Shown here piece after piece: positions 9,164 to 19,508 of a stretch of DNA of 64,000 nucleotides. A program made the position numbers and the translations under genes. This DNA is from an uncultured delta proteobacterium. GTDB lineage: Bacteria; Myxococcota_A; Polyangia; Haliangiales; Haliangiaceae. Below the pieces are notes generated by a model, which searched no databases, had not been told where the DNA came from, and saw only the letters and a program-made list of their open reading frames with translations. The stretch lies in contig CAWKDB010000002.1 of assembly GCA_963848295.1 (NCBI GenBank), positions 1,408,001 through 1,472,000 of the forward strand. The letters run 5' to 3'. Positions within the stretch are counted from its first letter, which is position 1, and the number at the start of each line of letters is the position of its first letter.

Positions 9164-11477
9164 CCAGACTTCGGGACGCTGATCTCATTGGAGTTGGGTT
9201 TCGAAGCGTAGGGGAAGGCGCTTGTGATCACTCGGCAGGATCAGGCCGCGCTGGGTAAGATGACCGAGCAGATGATGAATCGCGTCGAGCTCGGATCGAT
9301 TGGCTGCGGGCGCGAGGCGGACGATGATGGCGTGTTCGGTGATTGCCACCTTTGCCGGCGCGGCGAACAGGTTCGCGACGAGCTTCTTCGCCTCTCGGGG
9401 CCGGCTCATGTGCGGTGCGGCGATCGCGGCCAGCTCGGACTCGGCGTTGGCGCAGACGACGCGGATGACGTCGATGACAGTCTTGAGCTTGCCCGTGTGG
9501 CGGACGAGCTTGCCGGCGAGCTCGGTCTCTTCGACGGCGGCGTGCTTCGGAAACAGCGGGCGGAGCGCCTCGAGCTGCCGCTGCCATTCGAGCGACTCTG
9601 CGAGCTCGCGTTCGACACGCTCGCGTCGCTTGTCGTCCGCGGCCAGCCGCGCCAGCTCGCGGCGTGCGTCGCCCTCGGCGGTGCGCCAGACCCGCAGCGC
9701 GCGCTCGAGCTTTCGACGTGCCGGGTTCGGGATGATCGTCCCGGGTGGATACGGTTCGACGCGCCGGCCGTCGAGCTGGTTGATGCCCCAGCGCTCGACC
9801 CCGTGCTTGAAGCCGTTCTCCTGGCGCCAGCGGAGCCACAGGATCTCGACGAGCCGCTCCGCGGGCAGCTTCGAGGCGGCGAGCAAGCTCACCTGTCGAC
9901 CATCTTCGGTGCAGACCATGATGCGACGAAGGCGCCCGCGACCCTCGCCGAGATTTCGCAATCGGCTCTCGTGCAGCCCGACCTGTTCGCCCGCGATCGT
10001 CGCCGCTGTAAACGCCGTCGCCGGCAGCTCGGCGTAGGGCTTTCGCTCGTACGTGACGAAGTCGAAGTGGGCCTCGCGCAGCGCCGCGAGTTGCGCGGCA
10101 AACGCACCACCGCGATCGAAGGCGAGCAGGATCGTCTCGTCGGGGCCGAGCGCTTTGCGCAGGCGCTGGCCCAGGGGCAGCAGCCACTCGGTCAGGTGAT
10201 CGTGCGACGGCACCGGCACGCGAAACATCGGCCGGCCGTCCTCGTCGTGGACGTAGTAGTCGGTCGTCCCGGGCAGCACGCGCTTGGCCTGCATCCGCCA
10301 GCCCTTTCGCACGACATGCTTGCCCGTATACGGCCGTAGATGGTTGTCGACGTAGAAGATCGCCGGGGCGCCGTCGCTCGCTGCGGTTGCGATCAGCCGC
10401 TCGGCCATCCGTGCCTCCAGCGCGGCGCCGGCGTCGGTCTGTGCGAGCAATCGACCGAGGATCTTGCGGACCCCGCTGGCCGTGGGCACGCGCTCGGCGC
10501 GCAGCAGCGTCGCGCCGGTCGGTGTCGCGAGTCGGCGCACACCCTCGACGACGAATTGCTTGAGCGCGAGCGCACAGATCACCGCGTCGAGCGCGATCCG
10601 CAGCCCATCGGGATGCCGGCCCTCGAACGCGCGCTGCGCCTCTTCGTGCAGCCCCATCTCGCCGGCAAGCGCGAGCAAGATCCAGCAGCCGGCGTGCTGC
10701 ACGAGCTTTCCGCCGCGGACCGGCTGCGCCGTCATCGGCACCTGATCCTTGTCGTCGAATTCGTCGGCCGTGACCGGATCGTCGCCGAGGTCGACATCGC
10801 GATCCGGTCCGGCGATCAGCAGTGCGAGCTGCCCGGCGATCGCGGTCGGCGCGGCCTGCCGTGCCGCCTCGACAGGGCTCCCGGCGGCGCGCTCACGACG
10901 CCAGTCGTCCCAAACGCGCCACACCGTCGAATACACGAGGCGCTGTTTGCGCGGCTGTTCGCGGTGCGCGTCGATCGGCATTCGCCCCGCGTCGAACATC
11001 GCGTACCAAACAGTTCGCAACTCCCGCGTTACCTTCGTAACTCCTCCGCGTCGCGGTCCCAGCACCGCAGCAAACCCCGCGGCTTCTTCCTTCCGCCGCA
11101 GGCGCCGCAAATGTTCGTCCGTGATCCCGAATGCTGTTGCCAGTCGCCCGAGGTGGAACTGATCGGTTTTCGCGAGCGTCACTGCCAGTACGTTGCGAGG
11201 GCCGCGGTCATCGTCGTCCAGATCGAACCCGCCGATCAGCGTCCCGCCGATGTACACGCTCGCGATCGTGTCCCGGACGATCACCACCCCGTCCGACGAG
11301 AAACGCCGGATTTCGTGGGCGGGCTTTGGCGACGGCTCAGGCAAGGCGAGGTCGAGAGCTTCCATCGTTGCCAAGACAACCGCCAGCGATCCGAAATTCC
11401 CACAATCCATCGATCTAATCGAATTCTCGTAAACCCGCGTCATTCGATCAGTTCACGAAATGCGGCCCGAACTCTGG
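9164..11477 (-). mobile_element. Complete 2,314-bp IS with 16-bp inverted repeats and 4-bp CGCG target duplication
   Basis: CCAGACTTCGGGACGC (9164-9179) vs reverse complement of 11462-11477, CCAGAGTTCGGGCCGC (14/16 match). CGCG at 9160-9163 and 11478-11481. Confidence 0.93.
9185..11443 (-). CDS. Large DDE-type transposase with N-terminal HTH; true start may be ~11365
   Basis: FYVDNHLRPYTG, GTTDYYVHD, AFDRGG and RWRQENGFK give a DDE-like triad. The ORF fills the interval between the inverted repeats. Confidence 0.88.
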   Translation of the reverse strand: MTRVYENSIRSMDCGNFGSLAVVLATMEALDLALPEPSPKPAHEIRRFSSDGVVIVRDTIASVYIGGTLIGGFDLDDDDRGPRNVLAVTLAKTDQFHLGRLATAFGITDEHLRRLRRKEEAAGFAAVLGPRRGGVTKVTRELRTVWYAMFDAGRMPIDAHREQPRKQRLVYSTVWRVWDDWRRERAAGSPVEAARQAAPTAIAGQLALLIAGPDRDVDLGDDPVTADEFDDKDQVPMTAQPVRGGKLVQHAGCWILLALAGEMGLHEEAQRAFEGRHPDGLRIALDAVICALALKQFVVEGVRRLATPTGATLLRAERVPTASGVRKILGRLLAQTDAGAALEARMAERLIATAASDGAPAIFYVDNHLRPYTGKHVVRKGWRMQAKRVLPGTTDYYVHDEDGRPMFRVPVPSHDHLTEWLLPLGQRLRKALGPDETILLAFDRGGAFAAQLAALREAHFDFVTYERKPYAELPATAFTAATIAGEQVGLHESRLRNLGEGRGRLRRIMVCTEDGRQVSLLAASKLPAERLVEILWLRWRQENGFKHGVERWGINQLDGRRVEPYPPGTIIPNPARRKLERALRVWRTAEGDARRELARLAADDKRRERVERELAESLEWQRQLEALRPLFPKHAAVEETELAGKLVRHTGKLKTVIDVIRVVCANAESELAAIAAPHMSRPREAKKLVANLFAAPAKVAITEHAIIVRLAPAANRSELDAIHHLLGHLTQRGLILPSDHKRLPLRFETQLQ

Positions 11478-11567
11478 CGCGCGGTAGTAGCTCGCGCGGT
11501 TCACACCGAGCGCAAGACACGCGGCGATGATGCCGACGATCGGGATCAGAGACACGAGCCCCTGCAT
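11478..11567 (-). pseudogene. 5' fragment of IS3 orfB
   Basis: MQGLVSLIPIVGIIAACLALGVNRASYYRA, coupled to the orfA stop by TGATG. Rejoins 8179-9159 in frame once the nested IS and one CGCG are removed. Confidence 0.85.
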
Positions 11568-12079
11568 CACCGGCGCCTCCGGGCGGAGGTCTCCGGGCCG
11601 CGCGCGAAGTCTTCCGCCGTCGGCTCCGCCAGCGTCTCCCCCAACAAGCTTGCTACTTTTTTTTGGACGTCGATGATCGTGTTGGCCTTGTACAGCTCGT
11701 GCTGGAGCTTCGCGTTCTCGCGCTCGAGCCGAGCGACCTCTTCGGCAAGCGCGTTCTTGCTCGCCTTGCGACCGCGCTTCCTCGGCGCGAGCCCGGCGAG
11801 CTCGCCGGCGTCGCGCTCACGCCGCCAGACCGTGAGGTGCGACGAGTACAGCCCCTCGCGGCGCAGCAGCTCGCCGACCGCGCCCTCCGCCCCCGACGCC
11901 ACCGCCGCGTCCGCCTCCCGAACGATGCGGAGCTTGTACTCAGCCGCGAACGTTCGCCGCTTCGGACGCGCCGGCGTGGTGGGGCTCTCCGGAACGCCCG
12001 AGCGGGCGGCCTCCCGGACCGCGGACGCTGTCCCCTCGCGTGGAGGAGCAACGCCGTTCTTCTTGACCATGTTCAACAT
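11567..12079 (-). CDS. IS3-family transposase OrfA (HTH plus leucine zipper)
   Basis: RRTFAAEYKLRIVREAD...GELLRREGLYSSHLTVWRR...LERENAKLQHELYKANTIIDVQKK. Confidence 0.92.
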   Translation of the reverse strand: MLNMVKKNGVAPPREGTASAVREAARSGVPESPTTPARPKRRTFAAEYKLRIVREADAAVASGAEGAVGELLRREGLYSSHLTVWRRERDAGELAGLAPRKRGRKASKNALAEEVARLERENAKLQHELYKANTIIDVQKKVASLLGETLAEPTAEDFARGPETSARRRR

Positions 12080-12330
12080 CGTGACCGGATTCCTGCTCGC
12101 CCTCGACGGTAATTTCGACCAGGCTCGCTGTCTCAGTCACGTTGGCACAGAGGGGTCCGAGCCGGGCTCGGATGCTGGTCAATAGCCGTGATAGCCAATG
12201 AGAATCGCGATGGTGTCTAGCCACCGGATCCGCTCGAACGTCGACGGCCGCATGACCATCACAGGAGCGCCGCCCCAAGGCGTGCAAGAGCGGCTGGCCG
12301 GGACTCCCACGAGGTCAGTCACGATGAGTC

Positions 12331-13017
12331 TTATCTAGTTCGTTGGGACGTGACCCCAAAATTCTGGACCACGCGAAGTGTCCGATCTTTACTCAGCGTC
12401 AGTTGATCCCCGGCTGAGCCAGCGATCAAGTTGGCGACATCGGCGTTCTGCAAGTTGTACTCGAAGCCGGACAGGCTCGTCGCGGCGACTTGCGGCGCCC
12501 CGGCGGTCGCGTTGCTCTCCATGGCGTACGCGGTCGTAGCGCTGCCGGGCGAGAACATCTGGAGCTGGTCGGTCGACTGCCACGGCGCGAGGCCAGTGAC
12601 GTTGAACGTCAGCTCGGTCGGCGCGGTGGCGCGGCGGTCGTCCGGGCGCCCGACGAGCGAGTAGCTCAGGTCCACGGTGTCGCCGGTCATCTCGAGGTAG
12701 CGCGTGCCGATGACGAGATAGAACGATCCGACTGGGAGGTTCGGGATCGAGAACGTTCCGTCCGAACTGCCGGCGCCGCTGTATTCGGTGAACGACGGTA
12801 GAGCCAACGCGGAGATCGGTATCGCCGACAGATCGATGGGCAAGGTCATGTCGCCGGCCGGGTTGACGAACGTGATGTCGAGCGTGCCCGACACCGTGCG
12901 CAACATCGGAGCATCCGGCGGCGCGTCGACGCTCGCATCGGGCGAGCTGTGGTTGCTCGAGCCTCCGCATCCAACGACCAAGAGTGCTAACCCCGACCCC
13001 AACGCCTGCATGTTCAT
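12331..13017 (-). pseudogene. Myxobacterial-type lipoprotein, apparently truncated near 12391
   Basis: Lipobox VVG-C. Motifs DLSYSLVGRPD and VTGLAPWQSTDQL match the 478-aa paralog at 39292-40728, but this copy ends after about 210 aa in an unrelated tail. Confidence 0.65.
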
Positions 13018-13104
13018 GATGCGGAATCTAACGCAGCCGGGGCCGGCCTGCTGGAAATTGTAAGGCTCAGATCTCTCGGCCGGTGTGAGCTTGGCCGCGC
13101 CGAT

Positions 13105-13902
13105 CTAACGGCCCGCCGCCAAGTCGTCGCTCTGGATCTCGATCTCGCCCGATGCGCTCGAGACCTGGTCCGACGTGATCGGCGGAGCGGGCGTCCAGCG
13201 CAGCGATGCAAAGCGCGGCTCGACGAGTAGCTCGCTCGCGAGCGCGCGCACTTCGCCGGCGGTGGGCCGGAGCTCGGCTTGCGGCGTGGTCATCTTCGCG
13301 ATCAGCCGGGCGAGCGATCTCGGCGTGCTCGGTGGCGGCAGCTCGTTCGCGGAAGGGAACCGTCCGAGCAGCGCGCGGAACGCGATCACGCCGAGCGCGT
13401 AGACGTCGACCCGACCATCGTGCGCGCGGCCGCGTTCGGGCGCGGCGTAGACGCCGGTGTCGGCGGGCGCGGCCCAGTCGGCGATGCACACCGGGAACGG
13501 CAGCTCGCCGGTCGACAGCGTGATGCTGCGCAGCGCGAGCGCGCCGTGGATCACGCCGCGGGCGTGGGCGTAGTCGAGCACGGTCGCGATCTCGCGGACC
13601 AGCGCGGCGAGCTCGCTCGGCTCGAGCGTACGCTTCGCGACGATGTCGTAGAGCGGCATGCCGTTCGGGATCTCGGTCGCACTCCACGGTCGGCCATCGA
13701 GCACGCCGCGCGCGAGGATCGTGGCGACGCCGGGATGCGCCTCGATCGCGCGTAGCGCGGTGGCATCGGCTCCGAGCTCGAGGATCACGTGCCGCCCTCG
13801 CCCGTCGACCGCGCGGTGACCGCCGCCCGGCGCCGACGCGAGCACTCTCAGGTCGCCGATGACGGCGCCGATCGCGAGCTCAGGACGACGGTGTGAGGCC
13901 AC
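13105..13902 (-). CDS. Ser/Thr protein kinase-like protein, probable pseudokinase
   Basis: LDYAHARGVIHGAL, IADWA, YAAPE, DVYALGVIAF and RPTAGEV are kinase subdomains. HRD, DFG and VAIK are degenerate. Confidence 0.75.
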   Translation of the reverse strand: MASHRRPELAIGAVIGDLRVLASAPGGGHRAVDGRGRHVILELGADATALRAIEAHPGVATILARGVLDGRPWSATEIPNGMPLYDIVAKRTLEPSELAALVREIATVLDYAHARGVIHGALALRSITLSTGELPFPVCIADWAAPADTGVYAAPERGRAHDGRVDVYALGVIAFRALLGRFPSANELPPPSTPRSLARLIAKMTTPQAELRPTAGEVRALASELLVEPRFASLRWTPAPPITSDQVSSASGEIEIQSDDLAAGR

Positions 13903-14108
13903 TGCGCGACCTCATTAGCATCCAATAGAGCGCGGCCGAGAGGCCGAAACCAACGAACCATGACCAGTTGTAGAGCGGACGCATCGGTTCCCAGAAGCGA
14001 CCGAGCAACGCGACGACCGTGCCAGCTAACGTCGCGAACACCGCCGCGAAGTTCCAGCCGTTGTTGTAGCGATACGCGCCATCCGAGACGTAGAGCGATT
14101 TCAGATCG
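13901..14108. repeat. 208-bp direct repeat copy A: orphan 3' end of the NCS1 gene
   Basis: Aligns without gaps to 14690-14897 with 15 mismatches by hand count (~93%). Minus strand reads DLKSLYVSDGAYRYNNGWNF...YWMLMRSRS and continues GLTPSS to a stop at 13880-13882. Confidence 0.95.
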
Positions 14109-14400
14109 GGGAGCGTCGCTTACTCCAGTAGCCCGGGCGCCGGCTTTGGTGGGCGATCGCGACGACGATGGTTCGTTGCGGGTGCGTTCTGTAGATGACC
14201 GCGAATGGAAAACGATGGAGCAACAACCTCCGGGTTCCGAGCAGATACACCGGGAATCGGTTCGGTGCGCTTGCGACGCGGTCGATCGCGCGATCTAACG
14301 CGCCGATGAAGCGCTCGGCGACGGCAGCATCGATCGCGCGATATCGCAGGAATGCGGCCCGAGCTTCCGCCTCGGCGGCGGGATGAAGCTCGAGGGCCAC
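14101..14400 (-). CDS. Type II toxin, RelE/ParE family
   Basis: LHPAAEAEARAAFLRY...F...I...P.RFP...TRRLLLHRFPFAVIYR...VVAIAHQSRRPGYW. Confidence 0.92.
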   Translation of the reverse strand: MALELHPAAEAEARAAFLRYRAIDAAVAERFIGALDRAIDRVASAPNRFPVYLLGTRRLLLHRFPFAVIYRTHPQRTIVVAIAHQSRRPGYWSKRRSPI

Positions 14401-14403
14401 GCC

Positions 14404-14637
14404 TCAGTCCTCGCGAACGATTCTCTGCCGCGCTTCTGCCCACGGCACGGTCTGCACTTCGCCCGCATCGACCTGGCGCAGCCGTTCGGCAAGCTCGGCG
14501 CTCCACACCGCTTCGTGCTCGGCTGCATCGAGCACGTCGTCGGCGGCGTCGAGGCTGCCAAGCAGGTCGTTCGCAAGCCGAGCTCGTGCTTCGATGGGTA
14601 GGCGCAGCGCCTCGTCATGCACCTTCGAAGGATCCAT
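14404..14637 (-). CDS. Addiction-module antitoxin (TIGR02574-like)
   Basis: EALRLPIEARARLA..LL.SLD...W..E..RL...AGEV.TVPWAE; lies directly upstream of the toxin. Confidence 0.9.
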   Translation of the reverse strand: MDPSKVHDEALRLPIEARARLANDLLGSLDAADDVLDAAEHEAVWSAELAERLRQVDAGEVQTVPWAEARQRIVRED

Positions 14638-14653
14638 CGACATCGAATCGAGT

Positions 14654-16172
14654 CTAGCGCGGGGGAGGCGATCGCGGAACAACTTCGCAACTGCGCGACC
14701 TCATTAGCATCCAATAGAGCGCCGCCGACAGGCCGAAACCAACGAACCATGACCAGTTGTAGAGCGGACGCATCGGTTCCCAGAACCGGCCGAGCAACGC
14801 GACGGCGGTGCCCGCTAAGGTCGCGAACACCGCGGCGAAGTTCCAGCCGTCGTTGTAGCGATACGCGCCATCGGCGACGTACAGCGACCTCAGATCGAGC
14901 GTCTTCTTGCGCAGGATCCAGTAGTCGACGATCAACACGCCGGCGACCGAGCCGAGCGCTCCCGCGTAACCGACGAGCCAGCCGATGATGTAGCTGTTCG
15001 CATCCTTCAGGATCTCCCACGGGAACATGCAGACGCCGATGATCCCGGTGATCAGGCCGCCGCGCCGGAAGTTGATGTGCTTCGGGAACGCGTTCGCGAA
15101 GTCGTTCGCGGGCGACACCACGTTCGCCGCGATGTTGACCGCGAGCGTCGCGATCACGATCGTGAACATCGCGAGGCCGACGACGAGCCGGCTGCCGAAC
15201 ATCGCGCCGAGCTCGATCGGGTCGGCAGATCGCGTGGCCGTGGATCAGGATCGTGGCCGACGTGATCGTGATGCCCATCGCGGCGAACACGGTCATCGTC
15301 GTCGGTAGCGCGACGACCTGGCCGATCATCTGCTCGCGCTGCGACCGCCCGAACCGGGTGAAGTCCGGCATGTTGAGCGACAGCGTCGACCAGAACGCGA
15401 TCGTCGCGGTCAGCGCCGTGATGAACACGGTGCCGAACGTATCGGGGGGCGCGTTCGAGCCCGGCGGCGGCTTCGGCGCGACGAACGACGTGCGCTCGAG
15501 CAACGGCCCGAGGCCGCCGGCGCCGTGGATCGCCCACGCGACGAGCAGCGCGGTCATCACGAGCACGAACGGCGCGGCGAACCGCTCGACCCGGCGCAGC
15601 ACGTCCATGCCGCGGAAGATGATCAGGATGTTCAGCCCCCAGAACAGCGCGAACGCGATCCACTGCGTCGTCGGGTAGCCGTCGAAGTCGCCGAGCCAGT
15701 GCAGCCAGTCGGCGTCGATCGACGTGAAGAACGCCTGCAGCGCCTGGCCGCCGATCCACGTGTTGATGCCAAACCAGCCGCACGCGATCAACGCGCGCAT
15801 CAACGCGGGCACGTTCGAGCCCTTCGTGCCGTACGCGGCGCGCGCGAACACCGGGAACGGGATGCCGTACTTCGTGCCGGGATGCGAGTTGAGCAAGATC
15901 GGCACGAGCACGATCAGGTTGCCGAGCAAGATCGTCACGAGCGCTTGCCACCACGCCATGCCCTTGTCGATCAGGTCCGACGCCATCTTGTAGGTCGGAA
16001 TGCAGTGCGCCATCGAGATCCACAGCGCGCTGTAGTCCCACGTCGTCCAGGTCCGGCGCGCGACCGCGACCGGCGCGAGGTCGTGGCTGTACAGCGGCGA
16101 GCCGGCGAGCGCTTCGGGATCGGCCAGCTCCACGCGGCCATCGGGGTAATGAATCTCGGCGGAGGCGCTCAC
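14654..16172 (-). CDS. NCS1 nucleobase:cation symporter (uracil/allantoin/hydantoin permease), frameshift near 15230
   Basis: LYSHDLAP..RTW..WDYSALWISMAHCIPTY, HPGTKYGIPFPVFARAAYG, FWSTLSLNMPDFTRF; continues in another frame with NIAANVVSPANDFAN. Confidence 0.9.
14690..14897. repeat. 208-bp direct repeat copy B: current 3' end of the NCS1 gene
   Basis: Partner of 13901-14108. Confidence 0.95.
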
Positions 16173-16183
16173 CGGCCGCGACC

Positions 16184-19100
16184 CTACACCGGTTCGGCGG
16201 CGCCCAGCTCCTCGGGGTTGCGTTTGCGGCGGGTGAACCGATGGAGCATCAGGTACGTGACCGGCGTCGTGAACAGCGTCAACAGCTGCGACATCGCGAG
16301 CCCGCCGACGATCGCGATGCCGAGCGGCCGGCGCAGCTCCGCGCCCGTTCCGGATCCGAGCGCGAGCGGCAGCGCGCCGAGCAGCGCGGCGAGCGTCGTC
16401 ATCAAGATCGGCCGGAACCGCAGCTTCGCGGCTTCGAAGATCGCGAGCTCGGGCGCGGCGCCTTCGCGTTCGCGCTCGAGCGCGAAGTCGACCATCAGGA
16501 TCGCGTTCTTCTTGACGATACCGATCAACAAGATCACGCCGATCATCGCGATCACGCTGAGGTCGGTGTGCGTGATGATCAGCGCGAGCAGCGCGCCGAT
16601 GCCGGCCGACGGCAACGTCGACAAGATCGTGATCGGATGGATGTAGCTCTCGTAGAGCATGCCGAGCACGATGTAGACGCAGAGCAACGCGATGAGCAGC
16701 AGGACCGGCTCGGTCGCGATCGAGTCCTTGAACGCCTGCGCGGTGCCGCTGAACGTGCCGTGAGATGCTCGCCGGCATGCCGATCTTGAGCGGTCGCGCT
16801 CTCGACCGCCGCGATCGCCTGGCCGAGCGCGACGCCGTCGGCGAGGTTGAACGAGATCACCGAGTCGCTGGAAACTGGCTCTGATGCCCGACCGAGAGCG
16901 CGACGTGCGAGCGCACGACGTGCGCGATCGCCGACAACGGCACCTGGCGCATGGGTCGCGGACGTCACGTAGATCCGGTCGAGCGCCTCCGGTCCGGTGC
17001 CGACCTCGTCCGGCGCCGCTTCGAGCACGACGCGATACTGGTTGACCTGGGTGTAGAACACGGCGACCTGACGCTGGCCGAACGCGTCGTACAGCGCGTT
17101 GTCGACCGCCGCTTCGGTGATCCCGAACCGCGACGCGGTATCGCGGTCGACCATGATGTCGAGCTCGAGGCCGTCGAGTCTGCAGATCCGAGTTGACGTC
17201 CTTGAGCTGGGGGAGCTTGCGCAGCGCCTTGGTCACGAGCGGCGCCCAGTGGTTGAGCTCGTCGAGGTTCTGCATCGTCGAGCGCGAACTGGTACAGCGC
17301 GCGCGAGCCGCGCCCACCGATGCGGAGATCCTGGACCGATTGGAGGATCAGGCGGATGCCCTGGACCTTCGCGAGCTTCGGGACGCAGGCGATCGATGAC
17401 CTGGTCGGCGGTCGACTTGCGACCGGGCTTGCGGCTTGAGCGAGATGAACAGCGAGCCGGTGTTGATCGTCGACGACCCGAAGCCGCCGATGCTCGAGAT
17501 CACGTGGTCGACGTCGCGATCCGCCTTGACGATCGCATTGATCTCTTGCTGGCGCTCCTTCATCGCCGCGTACGAGATGTCTTGGGGGCCGAACGACTGG
17601 CCGCCGAGCATCCCGGTGTCCTGCTGCGGGAACAGCGTGCGCGCGACCGGTTGGTTGTTCGCGAAGATGTCGTAGAACGTGTACGCGGTGCCGCCGCACG
17701 TGCCGAGCGTCAAGACGAACACGAGGTTCTTGTGGCGCAGTACGGCCTTGAGCGCGCGGCCGTAGCCGTCGATCAAGCGGGAGAGGCCGCGATCGAGCAA
17801 GCGGCCGATCGAGCTCACCTCGTGCGGTCGACTCGGGCGCAACAACCGCGAGCACATCATCGGCGTGAGGGTCAGCGAGATGATCGCCGACATCACGACC
17901 GCGACCGCGAGCGTGACCGCGAACTCGCGGAAGTACTCGCCGACCAGGCCGCCCATGAACAGCATCGGGATGAACACCGCGAGCAGCGAGGTCGTGATGC
18001 TGACGATCGTGAAGCCGATCTCGCGGGCGCCGTCGAGCGCGGCCGTGATCGGGGCGACGCCGCGCTCGATATGGCGCGTGATGTTCTCGGTCACGACGAT
18101 CGCGTCGTCGACCACGAAGCCGGTCGCGATCGTCAGCGCCATGAGCGACAGGTTGTCGATGCTATAGCCGACCAAGTACATCACGCCGAACGTGCCGACC
18201 AGCGACAGCGGCACGACGACGCTGGGGATCGACGTCGCACGGCCCGAGCGTAGGAACACGAGGACGACCAGGATCACCAGGCCGATCGCGATCGCCAGCG
18301 TGCGCTCGACGTCGTGGACCGAAGCGCGGATCGTCGTCGAGCGATCGATCGCGATCTCCATGTCGATGCCCGGCGGGATCGACCTTGGCGAGCTCGGGCA
18401 TCAGGTCCTTGATCCGATCGATGACCTCGAGGATGTTCGCGCCGGGTTGGCGGCGGACGATCACCGCGACGGTGCGCTGGCCGTCGAACCACGCCGACAC
18501 GCGTTGGTTCTCGACATCGTTCGTCACGGTCGCGACATCGCCGAGTCGTACCGCGCCGCCGGCGAGACCCGTCGTCGCCGGCGTGACGCTCGCGCCGGAA
18601 CCCGCGCCGGCGGTGACCACGGAGCTCGCGCCGATCCCGGTCCCGGCGAGGCCGCCGTTCGGCGAGCCCGTGCCGGGTGCGGCCGCCGTCGGTGCGGCCC
18701 CCGCGCCGACCACGATCGTCGTCGTGCTCGGCGTCGGCTGCGCGAGCTGATCGCCGGGCTGCGCCCAGTGCACGATGACCTTCTTCCACTGCTCGGCGTC
18801 GGTCAGCTGGTCGTCGTCTCCGATCGACTCCCACCGGGATTCGCCGACGCCGCCCTTCGGTTGATTCGCGGTGGCCGCGGCGACCGAGGCGCGAATGTCC
18901 TCGAGCCCGATCCCCATCCCGGCGAGGAACGCCGGGTCGACCCGGATCCGCACCGCGGGCTGCACGCCGCCACCGACGCCGACCTGACCGACTCCGGGGA
19001 CCTGCTGGATCTTCTGCGCGAGGATCGTGTTCGCGGCCTCGAACACCTGAGGCAACGGGATCGACTTCGATCGCAGCGACAGGATCAGGATCGGCGAGTC

Positions 19101-19508
19101 GGCCGGGTTGACCTTGCGGAACCTCGGCACGGTGGGCAGGTTCGGCGGTAGATCGCCGCCCGCGGCGTTGATCGCGGCCTGGATGTCGCGCGCCGCGCCT
19201 TCGATATCGCGGTCGAGCCCGAACTGCACGGTGATGCTCGTCGTCCCGAGCGCGCTCGTCGAGGTGATCTCGGTCACGCCGGCGATCCGTCCGAACCGGC
19301 GCTCGAGCGGCATCGCGACCGAGGTCGCCATCGTGGTCGGGCTCGCGCCGGGCAGCGCCGCGCTGACGTTGATCGTCGGCAGATCGACGCGAGGCAGCGG
19401 CGACGACCGGGAGCTGCGGTGAACGCGGCCGCGCCCGACGAGCAGGATCGCCGCGGCGAGCAACGACGTCGCGATCGGCCGGCGGATGAACGGCGCGGAC
19501 AGGTTCAC
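16184..19508 (-). pseudogene. mdtC: RND efflux permease, MdtC-like, broken by several frameshifts (possibly assembly errors)
   Basis: [62 protein letters not shown] and RFRPILMTT are spread over several frames. Confidence 0.85.

Larger units (their letters stand above)
8141..12153 (-). mobile_element. IS3-family insertion sequence, interrupted by a nested IS
   Basis: orfA and orfB present. Imperfect terminal inverted repeats: GTGTCAACGACTTTGAGACGGCG (8145-8167) vs reverse complement of 12126-12148, GTGCCAACGTGACTGAGACAGCG (17/23 match). Direct repeat GGTCCG at 8135-8140 and 12154-12159. Exact ends are uncertain by a few bp. Confidence 0.88.

Noticed and set aside
9164..9231. ORF-track start of IS3 orfB at 9231
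   Set aside because: That N-terminus is read from the nested IS; the real 5' end is at 11567.
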